Below, piece by piece: positions 26,901-35,286 of a stretch of 39,202 nucleotides of DNA. Source of the DNA: Pseudomonadota bacterium (GTDB taxonomy: Bacteria > Pseudomonadota > Alphaproteobacteria > Rhodobacterales > Rhodobacteraceae); the NCBI GenBank assembly GCA_039027595.1, contig JBCCKB010000001.1, positions 1-39,202 on the forward strand. Reading direction: 5' to 3'. Position 1 is the first letter of the stretch; each line of letters begins with the position of its first letter. The notes beneath the pieces are model-generated. The model was not told the origin of the DNA, ran no database searches, and saw only the letters and a list, made by a program, of their open reading frames with translations. The translations under genes and the position numbers were made by a program.

Positions 26901-28740
26901 ACTCCTCAGCTCGAAAGTTGAAGGCGATGTCAAGCCGTGCCCGGCGCGCAAGTCGAGGGGGGATGGCCACAACGATGCGCATATCGGCGTCGACCAGACC
27001 GTAATAGAGCTGTTGGTTTCCATGGGCGATGTTGAGGCGCCCTCGGGCCTGATCCCGTGAAAAACGGAGAACAAGGCAATAGGGAGGCTCGAGGACTGGA
27101 AGCGTGAGGGAGAGCTTTTCGTCAGCGCCGATCAAGGTCTCGCCTTCCAGGACCGCGCCGTCCTTGCTCCGCAGAACCGGACCGAGGGTGTCAAACGCGA
27201 CCTCTCCTTGAATTGGCAAGACAGCGGCCGGGGCGGTGGAGGGTCTGGGGCGCAGGACCACGCGGTGAAGCGTCAGCCTGCGGATCGGCTGTTGCCACCG
27301 GACGCGGCGCTTTCGAGGTCGCGGCTCCTCAACACGAAACTCTATACGGTCCCCCTGCCATGCACCTGCCTCGGTTGGAAGGAGCGGGAGCGCGATTTCG
27401 GTCTCTTCCTTCAGAAAGCGGCGCACGATGAGAAGGCCGTTTGCAAAGATCCGAACCGTTGCGCCACCGGCGTTGCAGGGCGCAAGCTTCACACGGAGCA
27501 TGGCCTCGGACCCCGGCGCCCGATTGAGCGTGAAGCCACCGGTTTCGGCACGCAGATCAAAGCTGCCATCACTCCAGTTCCGCTCCCACACCGGATCGGT
27601 AAGGATCTCGGGCAGTGGCTTTTCACCTGGATCCTGTCCTTCAGCGGGTGCCCCGGCCTGTGGCGGGCGCGGGATAACGGGGGAATAGCGTGCTTCGGTG
27701 AGATCGCGCCCCGCCACCTTTTCCAAAAGGGCTTGCAGCGGGCGCGGGCGTCGACCTGGATCGGTGATCCAATCACGCGCGGCCTTGCTTTTGGGGACGA
27801 GGATGCGGGCGGCATTCGCCAAGAGTGCAAGCCGTCCGCCTGCCATCCCGGCCGAGCTTGAAAACCGCCTGAGAAATGCCGCGAGCCCCACTGGGTCGGG
27901 GGTCATGCCCTCTGCCTTCAGGCGCACCCGAAGCGCGCTGGCAAGAACCTTGGCCTCAAAACCTGTGGCAACCGGAAACCGGGAACGACGCACAAGCGCG
28001 ATCAAATCCAGGGCCGCCTCGGCGATGTGCACAAGTCCGCGATGCGTGTTTGCTTGGAGTTCCGTCCCTCCCCGGTGATAATTATTCGCACCGTGGATCC
28101 GGTAGCTGCCGAGCGTTTGCGCAATCCCGCGCATGGGTCCCGCGATCAATGCGGCGCGGACAAGAACCGCATCCGCGCTGATCCGCCAGTTGCGCTCGGG
28201 CAAGGGGAACGCCCAGCCGATGGCGCTCCGGGCAAAGACATTGCCGCTCGTCGGCATGAAGGGAACCGCCAAGCCATTGAGCAATCTAGGTCCAAGATCA
28301 CCCTCGGGGACAGCCATCGGATAGCGTCCCACCTTGGCTCCGGACGCATCAATGGTGTGAAGGGACCAGTGCAGACCGGATACCCGGCCCGTCCAAAGCG
28401 CCCGGATGACCGCGATCGCCTCGGGGCTCAAAAGATCGTCGGCGTCAAGAAACAAAAGCGCGTCGCCCGTGCTCCTCGTGAACCCAGCGTTGAACGCCGC
28501 CGCCTGTCCGGCGTTTTGTTGGAGCACCGTGATGATGCCCGGGCGGTCTTCGAGGAGTCGGCGGCTGCCGTCGGTCGAGCCGTCATCCACAACGATAATC
28601 TCATCGGGCGCGCTGGTTTGAGCGGCAAGGCTATCCAAGCATGCGCCCAGATAGTGTCCGTAGTTGAAATTCGTAACGATCACCGTGATCCGAACACTCG
28701 GCTCGGGATCGGAGCCCGGGTCGTTGTGGTGATCGCTCAC
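23953..28740 (-). CDS. 1595-aa multidomain enzyme: GT2 - unassigned central region - GT41 (OGT/HMW1C-like) - sulfotransferase
   Basis: GT2: VVDDGSTD, FLDADD; GT41: HRLAPRQ, GAMEDKISPE, DVYLVAFPYSGATTTLEAL; sulfotransferase: HHIPKTGGTSF and FVRDPLEKSMSEYF. Confidence 0.88.
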   Translation of the reverse strand: MSDHHNDPGSDPEPSVRITVIVTNFNYGHYLGACLDSLAAQTSAPDEIIVVDDGSTDGSRRLLEDRPGIITVLQQNAGQAAAFNAGFTRSTGDALLFLDADDLLSPEAIAVIRALWTGRVSGLHWSLHTIDASGAKVGRYPMAVPEGDLGPRLLNGLAVPFMPTSGNVFARSAIGWAFPLPERNWRISADAVLVRAALIAGPMRGIAQTLGSYRIHGANNYHRGGTELQANTHRGLVHIAEAALDLIALVRRSRFPVATGFEAKVLASALRVRLKAEGMTPDPVGLAAFLRRFSSSAGMAGGRLALLANAARILVPKSKAARDWITDPGRRPRPLQALLEKVAGRDLTEARYSPVIPRPPQAGAPAEGQDPGEKPLPEILTDPVWERNWSDGSFDLRAETGGFTLNRAPGSEAMLRVKLAPCNAGGATVRIFANGLLIVRRFLKEETEIALPLLPTEAGAWQGDRIEFRVEEPRPRKRRVRWQQPIRRLTLHRVVLRPRPSTAPAAVLPIQGEVAFDTLGPVLRSKDGAVLEGETLIGADEKLSLTLPVLEPPYCLVLRFSRDQARGRLNIAHGNQQLYYGLVDADMRIVVAIPPRLARRARLDIAFNFRAEEFLEGAEVALATLGWVPGHGPRVNPGERTGAGTARALRPFLGAGWDLEAAGTALMIGPVAELHLNFPAVSAQPEATLVLDLEPLGPRVADTPPLVMATIDGETRLSLRLAGRGTVEVPVPTGGPVDLAIHAAGVGAGGVADDDHGGLALHALTLEPQPRPEPVPSNETEGEPPPRQLPGGATSLAHALRVLEQAGETGYGTSECAGLYPRLAREISETAPAAMWHLLGAEDLIRLAELAATVTPDPEIAEEGAQQGIGWLRSFALVALAGPCNPALAAVSLDAVPDLPRDIQRAVARILIRDPGPGAPSEMLKRHQDILVARLHEARAMIAEAPMRSARWALASAVLTATRPNGLLFSDMDLKPHVVAFARALEARLLREGHALDLPKRAGQLARTRPRIGIVVRTIGPVPETWILKGILKSLPADRADVTVFLTMQRDGTDQDVGTARIMSLVGYSVADTVAAIRSEELDTVILGAAFHGFMRDAEIAAHRLAPRQITLAAAQYATTGMTRVDEMIIGALQAPEAARADCTETVVIAPGTGQVFGFGPQSPAPENTRERLRANLGIRADQIILTSGAMEDKISPEALDAWVGVLASCPDAVLVLYPFAANWYRNYDERAFASRVRASCASAGVDETRVVVLPPLGADGVRDMLASADVYLVAFPYSGATTTLEALRADLPVVARAERTQRGHQAAGWLEALGLDDLVAETTKDYVRIASELASTPSRRDDATLRIRETGPDAFEQIDSRRWLTSHLLGARNDVAEEPRYFFHHIPKTGGTSFRRVLSNWFKVIPEYPEPWGTYATPPIELASLGADEIAAGHYWAPDMALFNRYPEFKSSGHWRLLSFVRDPLEKSMSEYFFEARVRPEHDPDFVPMALDEYLSTRRSGYLSQFDATEATWEDQIGRYWFIGTLERFEDCVTWLADALGKPVPNGLPVENVTPRTSEASPEAVAIFRANNAIDYAIYDEINRRLDRLLAGSG

Positions 28741-28758
28741 GCCGCCCGGTTGACCGGA

Positions 28759-29214
28759 TCAGCCGGCGTAGGGATCTTCGGAGGCGACTGTCTCGGTGCC
28801 GGAGGGCGTATCGTCCTCTTCGGTGACAGCGTCATCTTCGTTCCCTGAGCTTTCAAAGCCGATCGCCGCGCGAACGTCCGGGCTCAGCGACCGGAGCGAC
28901 GACGGGCTTATGGACGCCAAGGCGCCTCGATCGACGAACTGAAGCGTCTCCGGCGGCAGGTTCTGCAAGAGCTGCGGAACCAGTGAGCTGTTCGGGTACT
29001 GCCTCAGAAACTGGTTGATCAGCGCCGTGCTGCCAGTCTGGGCGGCCCTGTCGAAGGCGGAGCGTTCCTCACCCGAGACATTCGCCTGGGCCAGCACAAC
29101 TTCGTCGCCTTGAGGCACCACCTCCTGGGCAGCGCCCACAATCGGCGTTGCGCCGATGGCAACGCTCAACAATAGGTTCTTGCCCAGAACCCGCGACTTA
29201 ACCGGTTTTGCCAC
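28759..29214 (-). CDS. Secreted hypothetical protein (151 aa) with acidic Ser/Thr tail
   Basis: GTG start after GAGGGG; basic/hydrophobic signal-like N-terminus ending ..VGAA|QE; ends 18 nt before the large GT gene starts. Confidence 0.75.
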   Translation of the reverse strand: MAKPVKSRVLGKNLLLSVAIGATPIVGAAQEVVPQGDEVVLAQANVSGEERSAFDRAAQTGSTALINQFLRQYPNSSLVPQLLQNLPPETLQFVDRGALASISPSSLRSLSPDVRAAIGFESSGNEDDAVTEEDDTPSGTETVASEDPYAG

Positions 29215-29377
29215 GTCACCACCCCTCGCCCGTTTATGGCTTCTGATTAGAGCAACCCCGGGGCGCGCGTCAACGCAAGAGCTTCTTGCCGACGTGGCGT
29301 CAGCAAGCCTCGGCCAAGCACCGCGCGAGCCACGGAAATTGTCCCGGCTTAAACACGGTAATTGTTGCCAAAACCGC

Positions 29378-29674
29378 CTAATGAAGCTGGGAATCACCAG
29401 AGTAGAGCTCCTCGGCCGCGAACAAGAGCTGCTCGCGCATCTCGGGGCTCATCGACGCCGCGAGCTGCAGGATGCTCGAAAGCGTTGGATCACCCCGCCA
29501 CTGCAGAAAATCATGGACCACATCGGGATCATAGCAGACCACCACCTCGTTCAGGAATTCGCGCATGAGCTTGCGGCGCGGCGGGTCGAGCCCGGCCAGG
29601 CGCGCGGGCAACGCCTCGTCGGTTGACGCCGGAGATGGCGGCGGGTCGCGCCGACCGCGGCGCGCGTCGCTCAT
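29378..29674 (-). CDS. Hypothetical helical protein (98 aa)
   Basis: ATGA overlap with the permease stop; GC3-rich codons. Confidence 0.6.
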   Translation of the reverse strand: MSDARRGRRDPPPSPASTDEALPARLAGLDPPRRKLMREFLNEVVVCYDPDVVHDFLQWRGDPTLSSILQLAASMSPEMREQLLFAAEELYSGDSQLH

Positions 29675-30951
29675 GTGGACCCCTGGGTCTGGCGATCGTC
29701 CATGGCGCCGGATGGCACGAAAAGCCGAAACACGGCGACGAGAAGACCAATCCCAATGAGCAGTCCGGGATAAATCATCTGGTCGAGACCGCGGGTCAGC
29801 ACGAGACCAACGACAAGCGCGATCGCGAACCAACCAAGCGCCTTGTACCCAAGCCGGGCGGTCAGCTTGATCAGGGCCGCCGCGGCTCCGGCGTAGAGCA
29901 ACAGGAAATTCTGCCCCGCCGCTCCCAAAAGCCAGCCAAGATCGACAAGCCCGGCGCCAGCGGCCGCACCCACCCCCAAAAGAACACAAGTGGTCAGAAT
30001 TACAGCGCGAAGCGGCACCCCCGCCCGGAGTGTCATCAAAACCGCGGGAAGCAGTCGCTCGCTCGCGCCCGAATAGACCATCCGAGAGACCGCCCAGATC
30101 GCCGCCGATAGGTTGGCGAAGATCAAAAGGACCGAAACCGCCGACACAAGAAGGCTTCCCGATGGACCGAAACGGCTCCCCAAGATCGCGGCGAACGGCG
30201 CTTCGCTCGCGCCGAGAGGCCCAGAGGCTGCGACGATGAAGGCCAACACCAAATAGAGCGCCACGGCGATGGCAAAACTTGCCGCCATGGCGAAGGGAAA
30301 GTCTCGTTTCGGATTTCGAAACTCGCCGCTGAGGTTTGCGCTCACCTCCCACCCGGTAAAGGCGAAAAACACCATCATGAATGTGGCGCCGAAGATCCCA
30401 AGGCTCGGGACGCCCGTCACGGCGCGTTCAAGCACGGAGGCATCGGGAGAGACAGCGACCCAGCCCGTCGCCGCGATCGCCACCAGAACAAAAAGAATGA
30501 CGGAGGCGAGCGCGGTGTTGATCCGCCCGGCGATCTCTGAGGAAGCCAGGTTGGCAGCGGCCGCCCCCAATATGAGAAGGCTCGCATAGAGCGCGGGCGG
30601 CCCGCCAATGGCGGCGGCCGCGTAATGTCCTCCGGTCAGCGCGATCGCCGGCAGTCCAAACGCCACGGCGCCGAGGAACAAAAAGGTGGCCGGCGCATAT
30701 CCTGCGTCTCCATAGGCGCGCTTGAGAAACGTCGCGAGCCCACCGGCGTCTGGGTACGCGCGGCCCAGAATGCCGAAAATGACCAACAGGGGCACCGCGA
30801 CCAGAGCACTGACGAGCCAAACCGCGAGCGCCCCGTCGCCCGCTTCACGAGCGGCGAGCCCAGGAAGCGTGAGCAGCCCTGCGCCGAGGACGATGTTCAG
30901 CATCATTGCCGTTCCGCGCCAAGGCCCCAGTGCCTTGGTCAGATCACCCAT
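29671..30951 (-). CDS. APC-superfamily amino acid permease/exporter (YjeH-like)
   Basis: LNIVLGAGLLTLPG, FFAFTGWE, EFRNPKRDFP; many TM segments. Confidence 0.88.
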   Translation of the reverse strand: MGDLTKALGPWRGTAMMLNIVLGAGLLTLPGLAAREAGDGALAVWLVSALVAVPLLVIFGILGRAYPDAGGLATFLKRAYGDAGYAPATFLFLGAVAFGLPAIALTGGHYAAAAIGGPPALYASLLILGAAAANLASSEIAGRINTALASVILFVLVAIAATGWVAVSPDASVLERAVTGVPSLGIFGATFMMVFFAFTGWEVSANLSGEFRNPKRDFPFAMAASFAIAVALYLVLAFIVAASGPLGASEAPFAAILGSRFGPSGSLLVSAVSVLLIFANLSAAIWAVSRMVYSGASERLLPAVLMTLRAGVPLRAVILTTCVLLGVGAAAGAGLVDLGWLLGAAGQNFLLLYAGAAAALIKLTARLGYKALGWFAIALVVGLVLTRGLDQMIYPGLLIGIGLLVAVFRLFVPSGAMDDRQTQGST

Positions 30952-31300
30952 GATTGGTGAGCCCCGCATCGTGGAAGGCGATCAAGTAGGTGGCGCCTTG
31001 ATCCAGTGCCACCGACCCATGCCGGGTTCCAGCGGGCAGAGATATGACCATTCCCTTCCCACAAACCTTTTCGCCGCCGTCCCAGTAAAACCGTACGCTG
31101 CCGTCGATGATAACAAGTGTCTCATCGGTCTCGTGGTCATGCCAGGCATGCTCCTTGCCCGGCTGGTCGCGTTGCACTTCGATGGCACCTTGCTTTGGGA
31201 GCAGTTTCTGAACCAACGGCCCAAGATCGGGAACGTCCGTTTCCATTGAAAATATACGAAAATCACCTTTTTGCGCTTCCGCGGCGGGACCTTGTGTCAT
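30944..31300 (-). CDS. Cupin domain protein
   Basis: HAWHDHETDE and LPAGTRHG cupin motifs; ATGA overlap with the YqcI/YcgG stop. Confidence 0.85.
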   Translation of the reverse strand: MTQGPAAEAQKGDFRIFSMETDVPDLGPLVQKLLPKQGAIEVQRDQPGKEHAWHDHETDETLVIIDGSVRFYWDGGEKVCGKGMVISLPAGTRHGSVALDQGATYLIAFHDAGLTNHG

Positions 31301-32055
31301 GCCACTTTCCCTTCCCCTTGATCAATGTCGTCTTCCGCGTCTTTGCGGCCCAATGAATGGAACGGACAGACGGGAACCTCATTTGTGTCGTCGATGAAAT
31401 ACTGGCGGAACTCGCGCGTCTTGGGGTCGCCATATGTTCCAAGATGCGGCGAGGTCTCGATCGCATCGAACGACGCAAGGCGCTCCCGCACAGTCCGAAG
31501 CGATTTAAGGACAGCCGGATCATCGCTGTCGGTCAACCCCTCAAAGACCCATCTCGGTTGGAACGTGATCATGAAGGAGGTTGAGCGCCGGCTTTGCCGC
31601 AAGACATGCGCCGGCGAGTTGCACACCACGAAAATCGGCTCGCCCGCAAAGCAAAACTCCCAAGACGGCGTATCAAGCCGTCGGCTGACACCGGCGGGGC
31701 GCGGCGCGCCGTCGATCCTCTCCAACTCATCAAGGATCGACCAAAACCGCGCGCGGTAGGCCTCGATCCCCTGAACCGGACCTGGCCGGGCGAACACCAC
31801 GAGGGATGTCATGCGACCGATGTCACGGGCCACCGACAAGTAGCTGCGCAGTGCCGGCGCGAGGACATCTGCCTCGATCGCGTCGAGAAAAACGTAACGA
31901 AGCTGGTCTGACTTCATGCCCGTCACCCCGAAGATGCACGGAAAAGGTCGCGACTTGCTGGTTAGAGTTGATTCGAACTCGGAAAACAGCATGCGCTGCC
32001 ACGATGGACTATCGTAGACTTTGCAAACCTCACCCTTGGATAGAACATGCGTCAT
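31297..32055 (-). CDS. YqcI/YcgG family protein (DcsA/GntA-related heme N-hydroxylase family)
   Basis: PFPCIFG, WEFCFAGEPIFVV, RQSRRS, FQPRWVFE, EFRQYF, CPF. Confidence 0.85.
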   Translation of the reverse strand: MTHVLSKGEVCKVYDSPSWQRMLFSEFESTLTSKSRPFPCIFGVTGMKSDQLRYVFLDAIEADVLAPALRSYLSVARDIGRMTSLVVFARPGPVQGIEAYRARFWSILDELERIDGAPRPAGVSRRLDTPSWEFCFAGEPIFVVCNSPAHVLRQSRRSTSFMITFQPRWVFEGLTDSDDPAVLKSLRTVRERLASFDAIETSPHLGTYGDPKTREFRQYFIDDTNEVPVCPFHSLGRKDAEDDIDQGEGKVA

Positions 32056-32186
32056 ATAGTGGACCCCCAGTTTACATAACGAACAGAATTGACTGCATCG
32101 GATGCCTTGGCAGCTTTCGAATTGCAGATTTCTCTTCGTTTCGACGAAAATCTACCGTAAGTTGAGGATGCCGGGAGGTACATTCA

Positions 32187-32690
32187 TTGAGACTAAGTCC
32201 AACAGATAGACTAATTCTTGAGCTCTTGCGCGAAAATGGGCGGCGCTCACTCACAGAAATTGCGGCGATTGTCGGCCTGTCGCGACCAACGGTGCGCCAC
32301 CATGTCGACAAGCTTGTGCGTGAAAAGGTGATCCGACGCTTCACCGTTGACATAGACCCGGTCGACGAAACCCTGCCTCAGGGCCTTCGTGCGATGTTCG
32401 ATGTCCGCCTTCGGCGAAATGTTTGTGGCAAGGTCTATGCATCGATCTCCGGGTGGAGCGAGCTGGTGTCCTGTTGGTCGACCTCTGGGACGACCGACAT
32501 GCGAATTCTATTGGAAGCGGCGGATCACTCCATCATCGAGGATTTGCGCGACCGGCTGTCGCGGCATCCTGAGGTTGCCTCGCTCACAACGACGATGATC
32601 CTAAAGACATGGTGCGAGCGGATCTCGGGTATCCAAGAGACCACACCCGAAGAGTACGTGATCACCCGGCGGGGAGAACCGGTGACGTGA
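32187..32690 (+). CDS. Lrp/AsnC family transcriptional regulator
   Basis: DRLILELLRENGRRSLTEIAAIVGLSRPTV; TTG start; divergent from the YqcI/YcgG gene. Confidence 0.88.
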   Translation: MRLSPTDRLILELLRENGRRSLTEIAAIVGLSRPTVRHHVDKLVREKVIRRFTVDIDPVDETLPQGLRAMFDVRLRRNVCGKVYASISGWSELVSCWSTSGTTDMRILLEAADHSIIEDLRDRLSRHPEVASLTTTMILKTWCERISGIQETTPEEYVITRRGEPVT

Positions 32691-33130
32691 CATCCTCCAA
32701 CAGCAAGCTAGACGCTGAACTCGGGGAGTTGGTGCGTCTTTACCGTTTGTCGTCGGGTCTGTCACAAGTGGAGCTCGGCGAAGCCGCCGGGATCTCCTAT
32801 CAGCAGATCCAAAAGTACGAATCCGGCGCCAACAAGGTCTCGGTGTCGAGGCTTTTTTCGGTGACAAGCGCGCTGGGCGTTGCACCAAGTGAGCTCCTGT
32901 CAGAACTTGAGCGTCGCGTCGACTATGACCAAGGCGGGGCGGCGCCGGATGTGTCGCTTGAAGCGCTGCAGTTTCTGACCTCGCGGCGCGGGCAACAGAT
33001 TGTTCGCGCCATGGCCACCTGCGAAGACGGCCAGCTGCTGGATGCGTTCATTGATTTGTTCTTGTCGGCAACCGCGGCCGAACGGCGCGCAGGCGACGCC
33101 GAGCGAAAGCGCCAAGGCATGTCCGCCTAA
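32687..33130 (+). CDS. XRE-family helix-turn-helix regulator
   Basis: GLSQVELGEAAGISYQQIQKYESGANKVS; GTGA overlap with the Lrp stop. Confidence 0.88.
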   Translation: MTSSNSKLDAELGELVRLYRLSSGLSQVELGEAAGISYQQIQKYESGANKVSVSRLFSVTSALGVAPSELLSELERRVDYDQGGAAPDVSLEALQFLTSRRGQQIVRAMATCEDGQLLDAFIDLFLSATAAERRAGDAERKRQGMSA

Positions 33131-33157
33131 CGCATTGCCCGGATCGCGACACCCCCG

Positions 33158-33547
33158 CTAGAGCTCGCCCGCCTCCTCGAGGACGCGCCGTGCCACCCGG
33201 AAGCACTCAAGCGCCATCGGCACGCCGCAGTAGATCCCAATCACATGGATGATTGCCCTTATTTCCTTGGCACTTACACCGTTATTCAGGGCTCCGCGGC
33301 AATGCGTTTCCCACTCATGCATCCGTCCCAAAGCGCCGATCATGGCCAGGTTCATCATTGAGCGCGTCTTGGGCTCGATGACCTCGTCGCCCCAACCAAA
33401 CCCCCAGCACCAGGCGGTCATTGCCTCTTGGAACGGTCGTGTAAAATCATCGGCCGACGCGAGGTTCTTCTCGACATACTCCGCGCCCAGGGTTGCCTTT
33501 CGCTGGGCAAGTCCTGTCAGAAACAGGTCTTCATCAAAAAGGCTCAT
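33158..33547 (-). CDS. Carboxymuconolactone decarboxylase (CMD/AhpD-like) family protein
   Basis: KTRSMMNLAMIGALG, HCRGALNNGVS..EI, IYCGVP; AAGGAGG SD. Confidence 0.9.
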   Translation of the reverse strand: MSLFDEDLFLTGLAQRKATLGAEYVEKNLASADDFTRPFQEAMTAWCWGFGWGDEVIEPKTRSMMNLAMIGALGRMHEWETHCRGALNNGVSAKEIRAIIHVIGIYCGVPMALECFRVARRVLEEAGEL

Positions 33548-33571
33548 CGGCCCGCCTCCTTCCGAAAATGA

Positions 33572-33622
33572 CGGCGCACAGGCCGTGCACAAGGTGTACA
33601 CCGGGCGTACACTGCCGCGTCA
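33572..33622 (-). repeat. Degenerate copy of the 11-bp tandem repeat (about 4 units)
   Basis: Minus strand TGAcgcggca-gtgtacgcccg-gtgtacacctt-gtgcacggcct-gtgcgccg. Confidence 0.8.
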
Positions 33623-35062
33623 CCCAAGCTTGATCGCCACGTTCTTGGTCTGCACGTAGTTCCAGAGCGCCTCGCGCCCTTTTTCGCGGCCATAGCCCGA
33701 CTTGCCAAACCCGCCGAAGGGTGTTTCCACCCCGCCCGCGTACCACTCATTGACGAAGACCTGACCTGCCTGGATCGCCCGCGCGGACCGGGTCGCGCGA
33801 TCGAGATCGCGGGTGAAGACGCCGCCCACGAGCCCGTACTCGGTGCCGTTTGCCAGCCGGATCGCCTCATCCTCGTCCGAAAACGGCATCACCGACAAGA
33901 CGGGGCCAAAGACCTCGGTCCGAGCGATCGCCATCTCGGGCGACACATCCGCGATGACCGTTGGTTCGAGAAACGCGCCGGGGCGGTTCAAGGGCCGTCC
34001 GCCGGTGATGACACGCGCCCCGTCGCGGACAGCGTCGGTGACAAGCCCCTGGGCTCGGTCCCGCTGCGCCTCGGAGACCATCGCGCCCATGCTGGCGCTG
34101 CCTTCGGCGCGGTCGATGCCGGGACCGACCGAGAGGGATTTCGCGATCGCCTCGGCGCGCTCCAAAAGCTCGTCGTGTCGGCTTTCGTGGATGATCACCC
34201 GCGACATCGCCGAGCACACCTGACCGGCATTGAAATAGATCCCCCAGCGGAGATCGTTCTCGAAAGCCTCGAGATCGGCGTCATCATGGACAATGGCCGC
34301 CGACTTTCCGCCCAGTTCCAGAACGCATGGCACGACGTTGCTGGCCGCCGCCTTGGCGATGGCGATGCCGGTGGGTACCGAGCCGGTGAAAACGATCTGG
34401 TTGACTTCGGGATGGCCCGACAGCGCCGCGCCCGCCTCGGAGCCGATGCCGCACAGGATGTTGACGGCACCGGGCGGAAAGCCCGCGGCCTCGGCCGCGT
34501 GGGCGAAATAGGCGTTGGTCAAAGGGGTGAGTTCCGGCGTCTTGATCACGCACGCATTGCCCGTGGTCAGCGCCGCCGAAAGCCCGCGCGCGGTCATCTC
34601 GACGGGGTAGTTCCAGGGAATGATTTGCGCCGAGACACCGTAGGGTTCGTTCAGCGTGAAATCGAAATAGCCCTTGCCCAAGGGGACTTGGCGGCCTTCG
34701 ACGGTGGCGGCCTGGTTGCCGTAATACTCAAAATAGAGCGCCGCGCCCTTAATCTCGATTTCGGCCTCCCAAAGCGGCTTGCCCTGTTCGAGGGTCAGAA
34801 GGCGGGCAATCTCGTCGGTGTGATCGAGAAGATAGCGCCCCATGGCCTGAACCATCCTCCCCCGCTCGATCGGGCGCATGTCGCTCAGCGCACCCGACAG
34901 GTGGACCCGGCGGGCGGCCTCGACCGCCCGGTCGATGTCGGCAGCATCCGCGAGCGCCTGCTGGGCGAGATCCTCACCCGTACCTGGGTTGGTGACGGTG
35001 AGCCAGCCGGATCCGCCATCGACCCAAGCGCCATCGATATAGTTTTGCCAGGTGTCTTGCAT
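33620..35062 (-). CDS. NAD(P)-dependent aldehyde dehydrogenase
   Basis: IPWNYP, FTGS, LELGGKS, NAGQVCSA, EVFGPV, PFGGFGKSGYGREKG. Confidence 0.95.
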   Translation of the reverse strand: MQDTWQNYIDGAWVDGGSGWLTVTNPGTGEDLAQQALADAADIDRAVEAARRVHLSGALSDMRPIERGRMVQAMGRYLLDHTDEIARLLTLEQGKPLWEAEIEIKGAALYFEYYGNQAATVEGRQVPLGKGYFDFTLNEPYGVSAQIIPWNYPVEMTARGLSAALTTGNACVIKTPELTPLTNAYFAHAAEAAGFPPGAVNILCGIGSEAGAALSGHPEVNQIVFTGSVPTGIAIAKAAASNVVPCVLELGGKSAAIVHDDADLEAFENDLRWGIYFNAGQVCSAMSRVIIHESRHDELLERAEAIAKSLSVGPGIDRAEGSASMGAMVSEAQRDRAQGLVTDAVRDGARVITGGRPLNRPGAFLEPTVIADVSPEMAIARTEVFGPVLSVMPFSDEDEAIRLANGTEYGLVGGVFTRDLDRATRSARAIQAGQVFVNEWYAGGVETPFGGFGKSGYGREKGREALWNYVQTKNVAIKLG

Positions 35063-35286
35063 GGGCGGGTCCTCAGGACGTTGTTCGTGTGCGGAGCGGC
35101 AAGCGACACCATCGCAAGGCCGGGGACCGGCGCTCGGACGGGTGTTCGGAACGCGCTCTGGTCACGATCCGAGGGTGTTCTAACCAATACGCCCATCTCG
35201 ACAAGGTGGTCGGTCCACCGGACGGGCTTGCGGCGGTGCGGCGAAGCCCTGGCCTGTCATTCCGCGCGGGCGTTGCGCAAGCGGCG

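Noticed and set aside
29345-29365. Possible CtrA box (TTAAACACGGTAATT)
   Set aside because: Spacing and second half-site do not fit TTAA-N7-TTAA
29378-33130. YqcI cassette as a mobile element
   Set aside because: No integrase, transposase, tRNA site or terminal repeats seen; only a compositional impression
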